DNA of 64,000 nt from Marinicella sp. (GTDB lineage: Bacteria > Pseudomonadota > Gammaproteobacteria > Xanthomonadales > Marinicellaceae): assembly GCA_965230295.1 (NCBI GenBank), contig OZ246001.1:3840001-3904000 (forward strand). Direction: 5' to 3'. A model generated the notes under the pieces. That model ran no database searches, was not told where the DNA came from, and was given only the letters and a program-made list of their open reading frames with translations. The translations under genes and the position numbers were made by a program. Every line of letters begins with the position of its first letter. Positions within the stretch are counted from its first letter, which is position 1. Positions 40,848 to 50,477 of the stretch are shown one piece after another.

Positions 40848-41702
40848 ATAAATGTCATAGATGAGATTTTTAAGTCAATTGCCTTCGATGCCAACATATA
40901 CCTGCATTCTGAATTTTGTTCACCTTGGGGTGTATCATCCAGCAATCCCGGCCTGAGCAGCTTTCATGTCATTGCCTATGGCAATTGCCAACTGGTCATT
41001 GAAGGCAAGGAAGCCATTCATTTAAGCGCAGGGGATTTGATATTTTTTGCCAGAAATACCCCCCATCAATTAACCAATCCAGATCAACACAATCAGATAT
41101 CCACCACCCTCATCTGCGGTCAGCTGGCATTCAGTAACAATAAAAACCCCATTCTGATGGCCCTGCCCCGCATGCTGCATATCAAAGCCAATGAAATGGA
41201 TCAGGGGCTTAAAACCCTGTTTCAACAAATTGTTGCTGAAGCAGAAAGCAGTCAAGATGGCAGGCAATTGGTGTTAGATAAACTGGCAGAAATTCTGTTT
41301 ATTTACATAGTTCGGTTTTATGTTTGCTCAGATAAACTGAAATACTCCCAAAAAACCGGATTACTCAAAGGATTAACCAACCCCCATATTTCAAAAGCCT
41401 TGATTGCTTTTCACCAAAACATGGATCAACCGTGGAGCCTTGAAACGTTGGCACAACAGGCATTGATTTCCCGTTCAAAATTCGCAGCCGCATTCAATGA
41501 GTTATTGGGAGTTACACCGCTCAAATACATGACTTATTGGCGGATGCAGCAAGCCAGGCAGTTACTGAAAACCACCAAACAATCTATTTATACCATCGCT
41601 TTGGCTTGCGGATATCAGTCTGAAGCTGCCTTCATTAAGGTCTTTAAAAAGCAATTCAATGCCACACCTGGCCAGATGCGAAAGTCTTGGCAAATGATTT
41701 AA
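40848..41702 (+). CDS. AraC family regulator with N-terminal cupin domain; start codon non-canonical or mutated
   Basis: The frame is open upstream of the TTG at 41037 with cupin motifs (FCSPWG...FHVIAYGNC...LSAGDLIF). The C-terminal AraC HTH reads GYQSEAAFIKVFKK. Confidence 0.75.
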   Translation: MNVIDEIFKSIAFDANIYLHSEFCSPWGVSSSNPGLSSFHVIAYGNCQLVIEGKEAIHLSAGDLIFFARNTPHQLTNPDQHNQISTTLICGQLAFSNNKNPILMALPRMLHIKANEMDQGLKTLFQQIVAEAESSQDGRQLVLDKLAEILFIYIVRFYVCSDKLKYSQKTGLLKGLTNPHISKALIAFHQNMDQPWSLETLAQQALISRSKFAAAFNELLGVTPLKYMTYWRMQQARQLLKTTKQSIYTIALACGYQSEAAFIKVFKKQFNATPGQMRKSWQMI

Positions 41703-41709
41703 TATGTGT

Positions 41710-41723
41710 TTGACTGAAATCAA
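41710..41723. promoter_or_regulatory. FNR-type box upstream of the second usp gene
   Basis: TTGAC-TGAA-ATCAA. Confidence 0.6.
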
Positions 41724-41790
41724 TCTTTATCCCCATTTGCCCGGTTAAAATATAAGTATTACATTAATATTTTTTGGAGACTTGTTAATC

Positions 41791-42660
41791 ATGAAAATGA
41801 TCTTTATTCCTGTCAGCGACCGGCCAGAATGCGCAGCAGCATTACATCATGGATTCACTTTGGCACAGCAATTAGACGCCAGCATTGAAGGTTGCCATTT
41901 CAGGCCTCACACTGACTCAACAGTGAGCTTACCTGATGATGACGAAGATTCATTATTAATCCCTGACAGTTATGACATGGCCTGGGATGCAGCTTTAAAG
42001 GAAAATGAAGCCAACGATGGCCCAGTCAAAGCCAAGAACCTGTTTGCCAAGATGGCTGAACAGTATCAGTACCACTTAACCAAAAAAACCCAGGACCACG
42101 CAGCGGCCTTGTGGTCTGAAAAGGTTGGGTCTCCAGATCGTTTGTTTGCCATTGCTGGCCCCGTCACTGATTTGATCGTGGTTTCCAGGCCGGCAAAACC
42201 GGGTAAATCAATGGCCAAAACAATCATGATGAATGCCGTGCTCAACGCATCATCACCGGTTTTGGTATTACCACAGAATGATGTGTCAGCAGTCGGCAAG
42301 CGAATCTGTATAGCTTGGGACCAAAGTGCAGAAGCTGCTTTGGCTGTGAAAGCCGCACTGCCCTTATTACAGCAAGCCGAACATGTCTCCGTGGTGACCA
42401 GTGGTTATCCAGATAAACTGGGGCCAAAACCGAGTCACCTGGCTAAATATTTAAGTGCCTGGGGCATAGATGTCGAGTGCCAAGTGGTTAAGAAAGGAAG
42501 TGATGTTGATGCCATTACCTATGGTTTTGAACAAGCCCATGCTGATCTATTGGTTATGGGGGGTTACAGCCACAGTCGTTTGCGACAACGAATTTTCGGT
42601 GGAGTCACAGAATACATGTTGACACAAGCTGACATGCCGGTATTGTTATTGAATACCTGA
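41791..42660 (+). CDS. Tandem-domain universal stress protein
   Basis: ICIAWDQSAEAALAVKAALPLL and ADLLVMGGYSHSRLRQRIFGGVT. Confidence 0.9.
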   Translation: MKMIFIPVSDRPECAAALHHGFTLAQQLDASIEGCHFRPHTDSTVSLPDDDEDSLLIPDSYDMAWDAALKENEANDGPVKAKNLFAKMAEQYQYHLTKKTQDHAAALWSEKVGSPDRLFAIAGPVTDLIVVSRPAKPGKSMAKTIMMNAVLNASSPVLVLPQNDVSAVGKRICIAWDQSAEAALAVKAALPLLQQAEHVSVVTSGYPDKLGPKPSHLAKYLSAWGIDVECQVVKKGSDVDAITYGFEQAHADLLVMGGYSHSRLRQRIFGGVTEYMLTQADMPVLLLNT

Positions 42661-42677
42661 ACAGCAAATTGGGAAAA

Positions 42678-44597
42678 TCAGTACTGGTCTTTGTTGCCCA
42701 AATCTTCAACCAAGGTCGTGTCGTCCCAGCCTGAATCATTATTCATGCTGTATTGTTTGATGTGTTGATCATTGGCCAGTACATTTGCCAAGTTATCCAA
42801 CTGCTGTTGGACTTTCAGGACATGACCTTTCTCATCTTCGCCAAAGAATGAAGCTGCCAACTGCTTGACCAAAGCCTCGTCTTCTTGCTGGTACATCAGT
42901 TTGGCCCGTTTGGCCTGATAGGCACGCAAACCTAAATGTTTCAAGACATCTTCTCCCATAGTGGCAGATGACTCAAAGGTTTCACGATAGATATGATCAA
43001 CACCCAAATGAGACAACTCATAGGCTGTGGTTCGATCCCTGGCCCTGACAAAGAGCTCAAGATTAGGGTGGTGCTTAAGTAAGTATGCAGCCAAGTCAAC
43101 CACCTTTTGTGGGTCATCCATGGCTATCACCATGGTGGTCGCGTTATCTATTCCGGCAGCATGTAACAAGTCCATGCGAGTCGCATCACCATAGAACACC
43201 TTCCAGCCATATTTCCTTAAGGTATCGATCATGTTAGGGTCATTGTCTAAGGCTGTCACCTTGAATTCATTGTATTGCAATAAACGACCCACTATTTGAC
43301 CAAAGCGCCCTACCCCAGCAATGATGACTTTGTTTTCTTCATCAATGTCATCGGCAGCTCGTTCTTCATGTTCCGGCTCCAGCAATCGATTCAACAGAAC
43401 CCGCTCATAAAACAGGAACAACAACGGGGTGATGGCCATCGATAAGGCAACCACAATGCGTAAAGTATCAGCAATCGGGGCAGCAATGACACTTTGACCA
43501 ACCGCCAGAGTCAATAACACAAAAGCGAATTCACCACCTTGTGCCAAGGCCAAAAAGAACAAAGCATGTTCTATTTTTTGCAGCTTCAATACCTTACCAA
43601 CCACATACAGCACCAAAGCTTTCAATGCAATCAAACCCACAGTTAGCCCAATGATCATGCCAAATTGCTCAGCAAATAAGGCAAAGTTAAAAGCCGCACC
43701 TACCGTCATAAAGAACACACCTAACAACAAGCCTTTGAACGGCTCAATGTCGGCTTCTAATTCATGGCGGTATTCACTCTCGCTCAGGATCACACCTGCA
43801 ATGAACACACCCAAAGCAGGTGATAAACCGATCAAGGACATGAATGCCGCTATGGTGGTTACCAAACCCAATGCTGCAGTGGTGAACACTTCACTTTGTC
43901 TGGCACGCGCGATGTAATCAAACAAGGGGTTGATTAAAAATCGCGACAGGATATACACCAACACAATGGCACCTATTACCACAAATGGTTTCAACCAAGT
44001 GGGTAAATGACTGGTGATATCGATGCCATGACCCGCATGTTCAACCGATTCTGGTGACCCCACTGCCAACAAAGGGATCACGGCTATGATTGGAATCACT
44101 GCAATGTCCTGGAACAGCAAAGCTGAAAACGAGGCTTTGCCACCAACTGTGTTTTGCCAGCCTTTTTCATTCAAGGTTGACATGATGATGGCTGTTGATG
44201 ACAGGGCCAAGGTCAAGCCTATGGCCAATCCGACTTGCCAAGTGAGATCGAAACCATACATGGCGGCCAACATGATCAGCAAGGCCGTCAGGCTGACTTG
44301 TAGGCCTCCGGCACTCAGAATGGTGGTTTTCATGCGCCACAAATGACTGGGCTGGATTTCCAAACCAATCACGAATAACATCAACACCACACCGAATTCT
44401 GAGGCATGGTTCAATTGTTCAAGCAGGTGGGCAGAGTCCATGCCCAACAATGGCGCCACCACGGTTAAGATGGCTCCCACAATACCCCCAGCAATGAGAT
44501 AACCCAAAACTGAACCCAGGTTCAAACGGTTGGCCAATGGCACCAACAACACGGCCAAACCGAGGAACAAAGAGGCAATGATAAATGCTTCAGTCAC
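42678..44597 (-). CDS. kefC: Glutathione-regulated K+ efflux system protein (CPA2, KefB/KefC family)
   Basis: LGSVLGYL, YRHELEADIEPFKGLLLG, KTN domain AGVGRFGQ and YGDATR. KefB versus KefC is not resolvable by eye. Confidence 0.85.
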   Translation of the reverse strand: MTEAFIIASLFLGLAVLLVPLANRLNLGSVLGYLIAGGIVGAILTVVAPLLGMDSAHLLEQLNHASEFGVVLMLFVIGLEIQPSHLWRMKTTILSAGGLQVSLTALLIMLAAMYGFDLTWQVGLAIGLTLALSSTAIIMSTLNEKGWQNTVGGKASFSALLFQDIAVIPIIAVIPLLAVGSPESVEHAGHGIDITSHLPTWLKPFVVIGAIVLVYILSRFLINPLFDYIARARQSEVFTTAALGLVTTIAAFMSLIGLSPALGVFIAGVILSESEYRHELEADIEPFKGLLLGVFFMTVGAAFNFALFAEQFGMIIGLTVGLIALKALVLYVVGKVLKLQKIEHALFFLALAQGGEFAFVLLTLAVGQSVIAAPIADTLRIVVALSMAITPLLFLFYERVLLNRLLEPEHEERAADDIDEENKVIIAGVGRFGQIVGRLLQYNEFKVTALDNDPNMIDTLRKYGWKVFYGDATRMDLLHAAGIDNATTMVIAMDDPQKVVDLAAYLLKHHPNLELFVRARDRTTAYELSHLGVDHIYRETFESSATMGEDVLKHLGLRAYQAKRAKLMYQQEDEALVKQLAASFFGEDEKGHVLKVQQQLDNLANVLANDQHIKQYSMNNDSGWDDTTLVEDLGNKDQY

Positions 44598-45208
44598 TTG
44601 ACGGCTCCTGGCAAATGTTCATTCAAAGTTTGGTATTGTTCACAGTACTTGGCATCAATGCGTTCATTGATCAGATCATCCATTAATTGTAGATACACTT
44701 CAGTTTGCTCTGATAAGTAGGTGGCTGATAAGTGTTCATCGTAATTGTGGGCTTTGACCTTCAAACCACCATAGATCACAAAGGGCGGTAAAAATGACAT
44801 GTTGCACAACTTGGCTGTAAATTCAAATGGCTTCAATAAACCCCTGATGTTCCTGTCACCTTTGTAATTACATAAATCGCCACCAGAAGTGATGATTGAA
44901 ATGAATTGTTTCCCGGTCAAGGCGGTGGCATCGGTACCATAAGCAAAACCATGGGCCAACACCAAATCCATCCATTCCTTTAAGATGGCTGGTGAAGAAT
45001 ACCAATACAGAGGGTGTTGAAAAATGACCACATCATGGGCTTCGAGCAGAGCCTGTTCTTTGGCCACATCAATCATAAAGTTTGGATAGCATTCATACAA
45101 ATCATGTACTGTGACATGATCCGAGTCAGGCAAACTCTCAATCAAAGTTTTGTTCAACAAAGAAGTTTGATAAACAGGGTGGGCAAACAGAACCAGGACT
45201 TTTTTCAT
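44594..45208 (-). CDS. KefF/KefG-like NAD(P)H oxidoreductase (flavodoxin-like)
   Basis: FAHP, HDLYECYP, QHPLYWYSSPAILKEWMD; overlaps the kef gene start. Confidence 0.9.
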   Translation of the reverse strand: MKKVLVLFAHPVYQTSLLNKTLIESLPDSDHVTVHDLYECYPNFMIDVAKEQALLEAHDVVIFQHPLYWYSSPAILKEWMDLVLAHGFAYGTDATALTGKQFISIITSGGDLCNYKGDRNIRGLLKPFEFTAKLCNMSFLPPFVIYGGLKVKAHNYDEHLSATYLSEQTEVYLQLMDDLINERIDAKYCEQYQTLNEHLPGAVK

Positions 45209-45250
45209 GCCTGGCTCTGTGATTTGATTTCAATGTAATTGATTAAATAA

Positions 45251-46420
45251 TCAATCAGTTTCATTGTTGATGTCTTTGTATTTGGCCTGTGCCGATAACA
45301 AGGCTTCGCGCAATTGCTCTTCGGTTTTTTGCAATTCAATCACAGCACCTTCGCGTTTGGCTTTGCCTTCCTCTGCAATGCGCAAGCTGTCATCAATGGT
45401 TTCAATCAATTTGGCATTGGCCATCTTCACCACTTCTATATCAAACACACCTCGCTCCATTTGTTCACGAACTTTGCGGTTGGCCATTTGTAGGTTTTCA
45501 GCATTGGCTGCCAACATTTCATTGGTTAAGTCAGTGGCATCCTTGATGGTATCAGCCGCTTGCTCTGAACGCCAAATGGTCACAGTCTGAGCCAGCTGCT
45601 GACGCCACAAGGGCACCGTATTGGCTATGGTTGAATTGATCTTGTTGATCAAGCCTTTGTCATTTTCCTGTACCAATCTGATACTGGGTAAACTTTGTAG
45701 GGTAACTTGACGGGTCAAACGCAAATCATGCACCCGCCTTTCCAAGTCTGCGGTTGAAGATCTGACATCACGCAATTTCTGTGCCAATAACATGTCATCA
45801 CTGCCTTCAGCCTCTTTTTCCATGGCTGGTATGACTTCTGCATGCAATTGTTTTATTTTTTCCTCTCCGGCTTTGATGTAGTCTTCTAATGTATGAAAGT
45901 ACTCCAAATTCGCAACATACAAGCGGTCCAAACTGGTGATGTCTTTTAACAATGTGGTTTTGTGCGATTCTAACTTGTTGGTGATTTTGTCAATTTGTTT
46001 ACGCACTTCTTCATAACGCTGTAGGAATTTAACCAAAGGTTTCGCTCGACCAAATAAACGGGCAAAGAAGCCAGGTTTTTTGTTGGGGTCCAACTCATCC
46101 ACATCGAAACCACGAATGGTGGCCACCATCTCATTCAAGGCTTCTCCTGAACGGCCCAGGTCTTTGTTCTTAACACCTTCGAGCATCTTATCGGATATTT
46201 CCGTGACTTTCTCTTGGGCCTTGCTGCCAAAAAATATCACGGAGTTGGCATCGGCCATATTGATTTCTTCCATCAAAGCATCAATGCGCTGTCGTTCCTC
46301 ATCATCAACATCTTTATACTCGACCATTTCGTTCATCACGCCTGGTACGATTTCACCTTCAATGGTGCCTGTGATGGCATCTGTTTTCGTGGCTGTTTTA
46401 CTTTTATCTTCTTCGCTCAT
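45251..46420 (-). CDS. Toxic anion resistance protein (TelA/YaaN family)
   Basis: FGSKAQ, LERRVHDLRLTR, PSIRLVQEND, TVPLWRQQ. Confidence 0.9.
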   Translation of the reverse strand: MSEEDKSKTATKTDAITGTIEGEIVPGVMNEMVEYKDVDDEERQRIDALMEEINMADANSVIFFGSKAQEKVTEISDKMLEGVKNKDLGRSGEALNEMVATIRGFDVDELDPNKKPGFFARLFGRAKPLVKFLQRYEEVRKQIDKITNKLESHKTTLLKDITSLDRLYVANLEYFHTLEDYIKAGEEKIKQLHAEVIPAMEKEAEGSDDMLLAQKLRDVRSSTADLERRVHDLRLTRQVTLQSLPSIRLVQENDKGLINKINSTIANTVPLWRQQLAQTVTIWRSEQAADTIKDATDLTNEMLAANAENLQMANRKVREQMERGVFDIEVVKMANAKLIETIDDSLRIAEEGKAKREGAVIELQKTEEQLREALLSAQAKYKDINNETD

Positions 46421-46431
46421 AATTTTCTCTG

Positions 46432-47268
46432 TTAATTAATGCCTTGTTTTTCTAATAGCGTGTTCAACACTTCGATGTCCACATCCAAGTCGAATACTTT
46501 GTTTTCCAAGAGTTTCTGGTTCTGTTCAACGAATACTTGGTCAATGTTTTGTAAAACCTGTTTAAAATTTTGTTCCAATGTTACATCATCAACCAGCTTA
46601 TGGGTTTCAGCATAACGTTTAATGACGTCCTCGGTGGCGCCTAAATAGGAATGCAGAAATCGTCTGGCTTGAGGAATTTTCTCCGGGTGATTAAGTAATG
46701 TGTCAATCACTTCCCGGCTGGTTTTGACTATGCGACTGAGGTACCCTGACAATTCACGATTGGCTATGTGCTTATTCGATTGTTCGATATTGACTATTGA
46801 CTGCTCACTTAAAGCCAAAATCTGCTTTGAATCTTGATCTTGAACTTGTCCAAATGTGGGTGAACTGACCTCATCCATCCCATACCACAGCACTGATCCT
46901 ATGGCGGCACCTAAACCATAGGCCACAGATTCCAGCATGCCCATACCCGCCACAAACCAAGAACCAATGAATGAACAGGCACCCAAGGTCAGTGAAGACA
47001 GCATCATCAGTGGAAAAGGTTTTTGAATCACAAATTTTCGTTGTCTGAAATGAAATTTATTACGCAGTCCTTTACTCATCCAGGTGGCTGCCAACAGGGT
47101 GCCAAAAAACACCCCGCCACTGGTTAAAAACCTAAATAAATTACCCTGGGCCAATTGTGAAAAGGTTGAAGCCAGAAAGAACAGTGAATAGAAATACAAC
47201 AACCAGGCCGTTGATTGAAATTTTACGACGGATAATTGGGCTTTTTCGCGGTATTTAACTGGCATCAA
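46432..47268 (-). CDS. XpaC-like (5-bromo-4-chloroindolyl phosphate hydrolysis family) membrane protein
   Basis: N-terminal TM helices, ARRFLHSYL and DLDVDIEVL; directly upstream of the telA-like gene. Confidence 0.8.
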   Translation of the reverse strand: MMPVKYREKAQLSVVKFQSTAWLLYFYSLFFLASTFSQLAQGNLFRFLTSGGVFFGTLLAATWMSKGLRNKFHFRQRKFVIQKPFPLMMLSSLTLGACSFIGSWFVAGMGMLESVAYGLGAAIGSVLWYGMDEVSSPTFGQVQDQDSKQILALSEQSIVNIEQSNKHIANRELSGYLSRIVKTSREVIDTLLNHPEKIPQARRFLHSYLGATEDVIKRYAETHKLVDDVTLEQNFKQVLQNIDQVFVEQNQKLLENKVFDLDVDIEVLNTLLEKQGIN

Positions 47269-47351
47269 AACATCCTGATGGCAACGTACACCATTGACAA
47301 TGTCAACATTCCAAAACCGGCGAGTTTTCTGATAAATTCAAGCATGATCTA

Positions 47352-48257
47352 CTATTTGATGATTTTATATTGTAATAACTGGTCCATGTTAGAAAAGTCC
47401 GGCTCACCAAAAGTGATCAGGCCTTCTCCCTGTAGCAGCATGGAATCACGGTGTATACGAATCGGATCACCATTGTTTTGTTTGATCCAGGTTCCGTTGG
47501 TACTTTCGTCGCTGTATTTAAAATTACCGCCACCAAACTGAATGTCACCATGTAAACGTGAGGCCATCAACATACTGACTTGAATATCACAATCATCACC
47601 GCGTCCAATGGATTTGGTGGGTGATTGATCAGTCATGACTTGAGTTTTACCGTTCAGCTCAAGCTGTAGTTTTGATTTTGAGGTCGGTACTTTGATGTCT
47701 AGTGCCGATGTAACTCGTGTGACTTGACTGGTGTCTTGTTGCCAAAGCACTTCGATGATTTCAACCGGTAACAACTTACCCTTTACTTTGGTTTTACCCA
47801 AAGATCGGTGGCTAAGAAATGGCGGCAATAAACAAGTCTTAAAAGTGATTGAGTTGGTGATGATTTGTCCTTTTTTGGCATAACCGGTCATTCGGGCAGC
47901 CACATTGACGGCATCACCAAACACATCGCCATCTTCTTCTATCACATCACCAAAGTGAAACCCGACTCTGATGGATATGGGGTGGTTACCTAAGACAAAA
48001 TTACCACTGACTGTATTTTGCATGTCTACAGATGCCAGTAAAGCATGATTGGCTTTCGGGAAAACACACATGACTTCATCCCCAATGGTTTTAACCAATT
48101 CTCCTTGGTGCTTTTCAGCATCAGCCAACAGGACTTCCAGCACTGAGGCTATGGCATTTCTGGCTGCTTCATCCCCATGCTTTTCAAACAATGAAGTGCT
48201 GTCAGCTATATCAGCAAATAATATACAAAGTTCAGTCAATGATTTCCTCTGAAACAA
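47352..48257 (-). CDS. Class III adenylate/guanylate cyclase with C-terminal FHA domain
   Basis: LFADIADST, KTIGDEVM, GDVFGDAVNVAAR; FHA motifs IGRG..C, SRLH, STNGT. Confidence 0.9.
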   Translation of the reverse strand: MFQRKSLTELCILFADIADSTSLFEKHGDEAARNAIASVLEVLLADAEKHQGELVKTIGDEVMCVFPKANHALLASVDMQNTVSGNFVLGNHPISIRVGFHFGDVIEEDGDVFGDAVNVAARMTGYAKKGQIITNSITFKTCLLPPFLSHRSLGKTKVKGKLLPVEIIEVLWQQDTSQVTRVTSALDIKVPTSKSKLQLELNGKTQVMTDQSPTKSIGRGDDCDIQVSMLMASRLHGDIQFGGGNFKYSDESTNGTWIKQNNGDPIRIHRDSMLLQGEGLITFGEPDFSNMDQLLQYKIIK

Positions 48258-50475
48258 TCAGTTCTTTTAAAATAATATCCTTACTTGGCAACACCAAATT
48301 GGCGGCATCTGCCAATGGGGTAAAAGTATCAGCGCCAGTGATTAATTTTAGATAGCGGCACTTGATACGCTGTTCTGCCAAAATTGAGATGATGCCTTCT
48401 CCTACACAAGCAGATCGACGACCTTCATCTACAATGATTATTCTATCAAATTTTTCACATTGTTTCTTGATTGCTTTTTCATTCAAAGGTTGTAACCAAC
48501 GTAAATCCATCAGTTTGACCCGACTGTTGTATTTTTGTTCAAACTGTTTGATGGCTTGTAAACCCATCAATACGCCATTCCCATATGTGATAATGAGTAT
48601 ATCTTCGGCATTATTTTGATAGATTCTGGGAGCTCCCAGGACTGTAAATTCGCCCGGTGCGGGGTAGCTAAAATTCCATAAGCCATCACCTTCTCTGAAT
48701 AAGTCTTTTTGCATGTACAAGGCGATGGGCTCTATAAACAGTGAAACACGGCGGTTTACTTTTGACAAAGCCACCAAGGTACGCATCATATTGACGGCAT
48801 CATCGGCACGTGATGGACAAGCGACTACCACACCTGGGATGTCTCGCAAAGCGGCGATTGAATTGTCATTGTGAAAATGGCCACCAAAGCCTTTTTGGTA
48901 ACCCAATCCAGCTATCCTAACCACCATCGGGTTGTTGAATTGCCCATTTGAAAAAAATTGTAAACTTGCGGCTTCACCCCTGATTTGGTCACAAGCATTA
49001 TGAAAATAAGCCAAATATTGAATTTCCGGGATTGGCAATAAACCCAATGTCGCATAGCCTTGGGCCAAACCTAAAATGGTTTGTTCATCCAGTAAAGTGT
49101 TGAAAATCCGCTTAGGCCCAAACTTCTTCAACAATTGTTTGGTGATGGTATAGACGCCACCTTTTTGAGCGACATCCTCACCAAACAACACAGATTCAGG
49201 GTATTTCAACATCAAATCCTGTAACCCTTTATTGATCTGTACAGCCATGTGTTTAGGTGTTTGGTTTTCTGGCAGAGCCTTTTCACTGCCCATGGCTTCA
49301 ATCCGTTGTTTTTGATCAACCACCCTCGCCGCTTCTTCATGCACGGCTTGGCTGTCAAATGGTGCCAAAGGCGCCATGACTTGTTTTAAAGTTGTGAGTT
49401 TGGTGTCTTCATGGGCTTGGTTGGCTTTCTGCATACATTCAGCGAAAATGTTGTTATACATTTCGATGATCTCAGTGGGTTTCATTAGACCATGATTGAT
49501 GACAGAAGCCGCCGAGTTCAGTAACGGGTCTTGTGCCTCACAAGCTTCAAGTTCTGACAATTTACGGTAATCAACTTCGAAGTCTGTACCGGCGTGCCCC
49601 ATTAAGCGAGTGGTTTTGAGGTGTAAAAATACCGGCTTTCGTTCCTGTCGACAGTAGTCAACTGCCCTTCTCACCTGTTGATAGCCTGTTTCCAGATCTA
49701 AGCCATCAGCGTAAAAATACTGAATCCCCGGGCGGTACTTGAAGTTCTCACTGATCCAGTTCTCCGGGGTTTTGACAGAAATGCCAATCCCATTGTCTTC
49801 ACAGACAAATAAGATGGGGGTGTTCAAACCCTGAAAGGCTGACCAACTGGCCGCATTGAAAGCACCTTGAGCGGTGGAATGGTTGGTACTGGCATCACCG
49901 AAGTTGCACAATACTATAGAATCATCCGGTATCGGCATTTCAACAGCAGAACGCTGTGCCAATTCAATCCCCAGGGAACAACCCAACGCTTTTGGCAAGT
50001 GACTGGCGATGGTGCTGGTTTGTGGTATCACCCACAACGGCTTAGAACCCCAAACCTTGTGCCTGCCGCCTGATGCAGGGTCGTTTTGACTGGCTGCAAA
50101 TGACAAACAAGTATCCCATATGGGATCTATACCTGGCACTTGTCGTGATCGCTCCATCATCAAACCACCACTTCGGTAATGTAAGAATGCAGGATCGGTG
50201 TGACGCACCAAATCACCCAGCATCACATTCCCTTCGTGACCTGAAGAACCAATGGTGTAAAACACTTTATTTTCCAGCTTTAACTTTCTGGCCATCAAGT
50301 CCAACTGCCTGGATCTGACTTGTGACTCAAACAATGTGAGTAATTTTTCAGCGGTTAAGCCATTGGCTGACAAGGGTTGTTTAGGTTCTGCGGCTTGATA
50401 AGAAGCAACAAACTCGACGAAGTTCTCATCAACCACAGCAGCGCGGTTGATGACTTTACTTTGCTTGGTGCTCAT
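48232..50475 (-). CDS. Fused alpha/beta E1 component of a TPP-dependent 2-oxoacid dehydrogenase
   Basis: FGDASTNH...EDNG TPP motif, GHAGTD, FGEDVAQKGGVY, PEIQYLAY. Confidence 0.85.
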   Translation of the reverse strand: MSTKQSKVINRAAVVDENFVEFVASYQAAEPKQPLSANGLTAEKLLTLFESQVRSRQLDLMARKLKLENKVFYTIGSSGHEGNVMLGDLVRHTDPAFLHYRSGGLMMERSRQVPGIDPIWDTCLSFAASQNDPASGGRHKVWGSKPLWVIPQTSTIASHLPKALGCSLGIELAQRSAVEMPIPDDSIVLCNFGDASTNHSTAQGAFNAASWSAFQGLNTPILFVCEDNGIGISVKTPENWISENFKYRPGIQYFYADGLDLETGYQQVRRAVDYCRQERKPVFLHLKTTRLMGHAGTDFEVDYRKLSELEACEAQDPLLNSAASVINHGLMKPTEIIEMYNNIFAECMQKANQAHEDTKLTTLKQVMAPLAPFDSQAVHEEAARVVDQKQRIEAMGSEKALPENQTPKHMAVQINKGLQDLMLKYPESVLFGEDVAQKGGVYTITKQLLKKFGPKRIFNTLLDEQTILGLAQGYATLGLLPIPEIQYLAYFHNACDQIRGEAASLQFFSNGQFNNPMVVRIAGLGYQKGFGGHFHNDNSIAALRDIPGVVVACPSRADDAVNMMRTLVALSKVNRRVSLFIEPIALYMQKDLFREGDGLWNFSYPAPGEFTVLGAPRIYQNNAEDILIITYGNGVLMGLQAIKQFEQKYNSRVKLMDLRWLQPLNEKAIKKQCEKFDRIIIVDEGRRSACVGEGIISILAEQRIKCRYLKLITGADTFTPLADAANLVLPSKDIILKELIVSEEIID

Positions 50476-50477
50476 GT

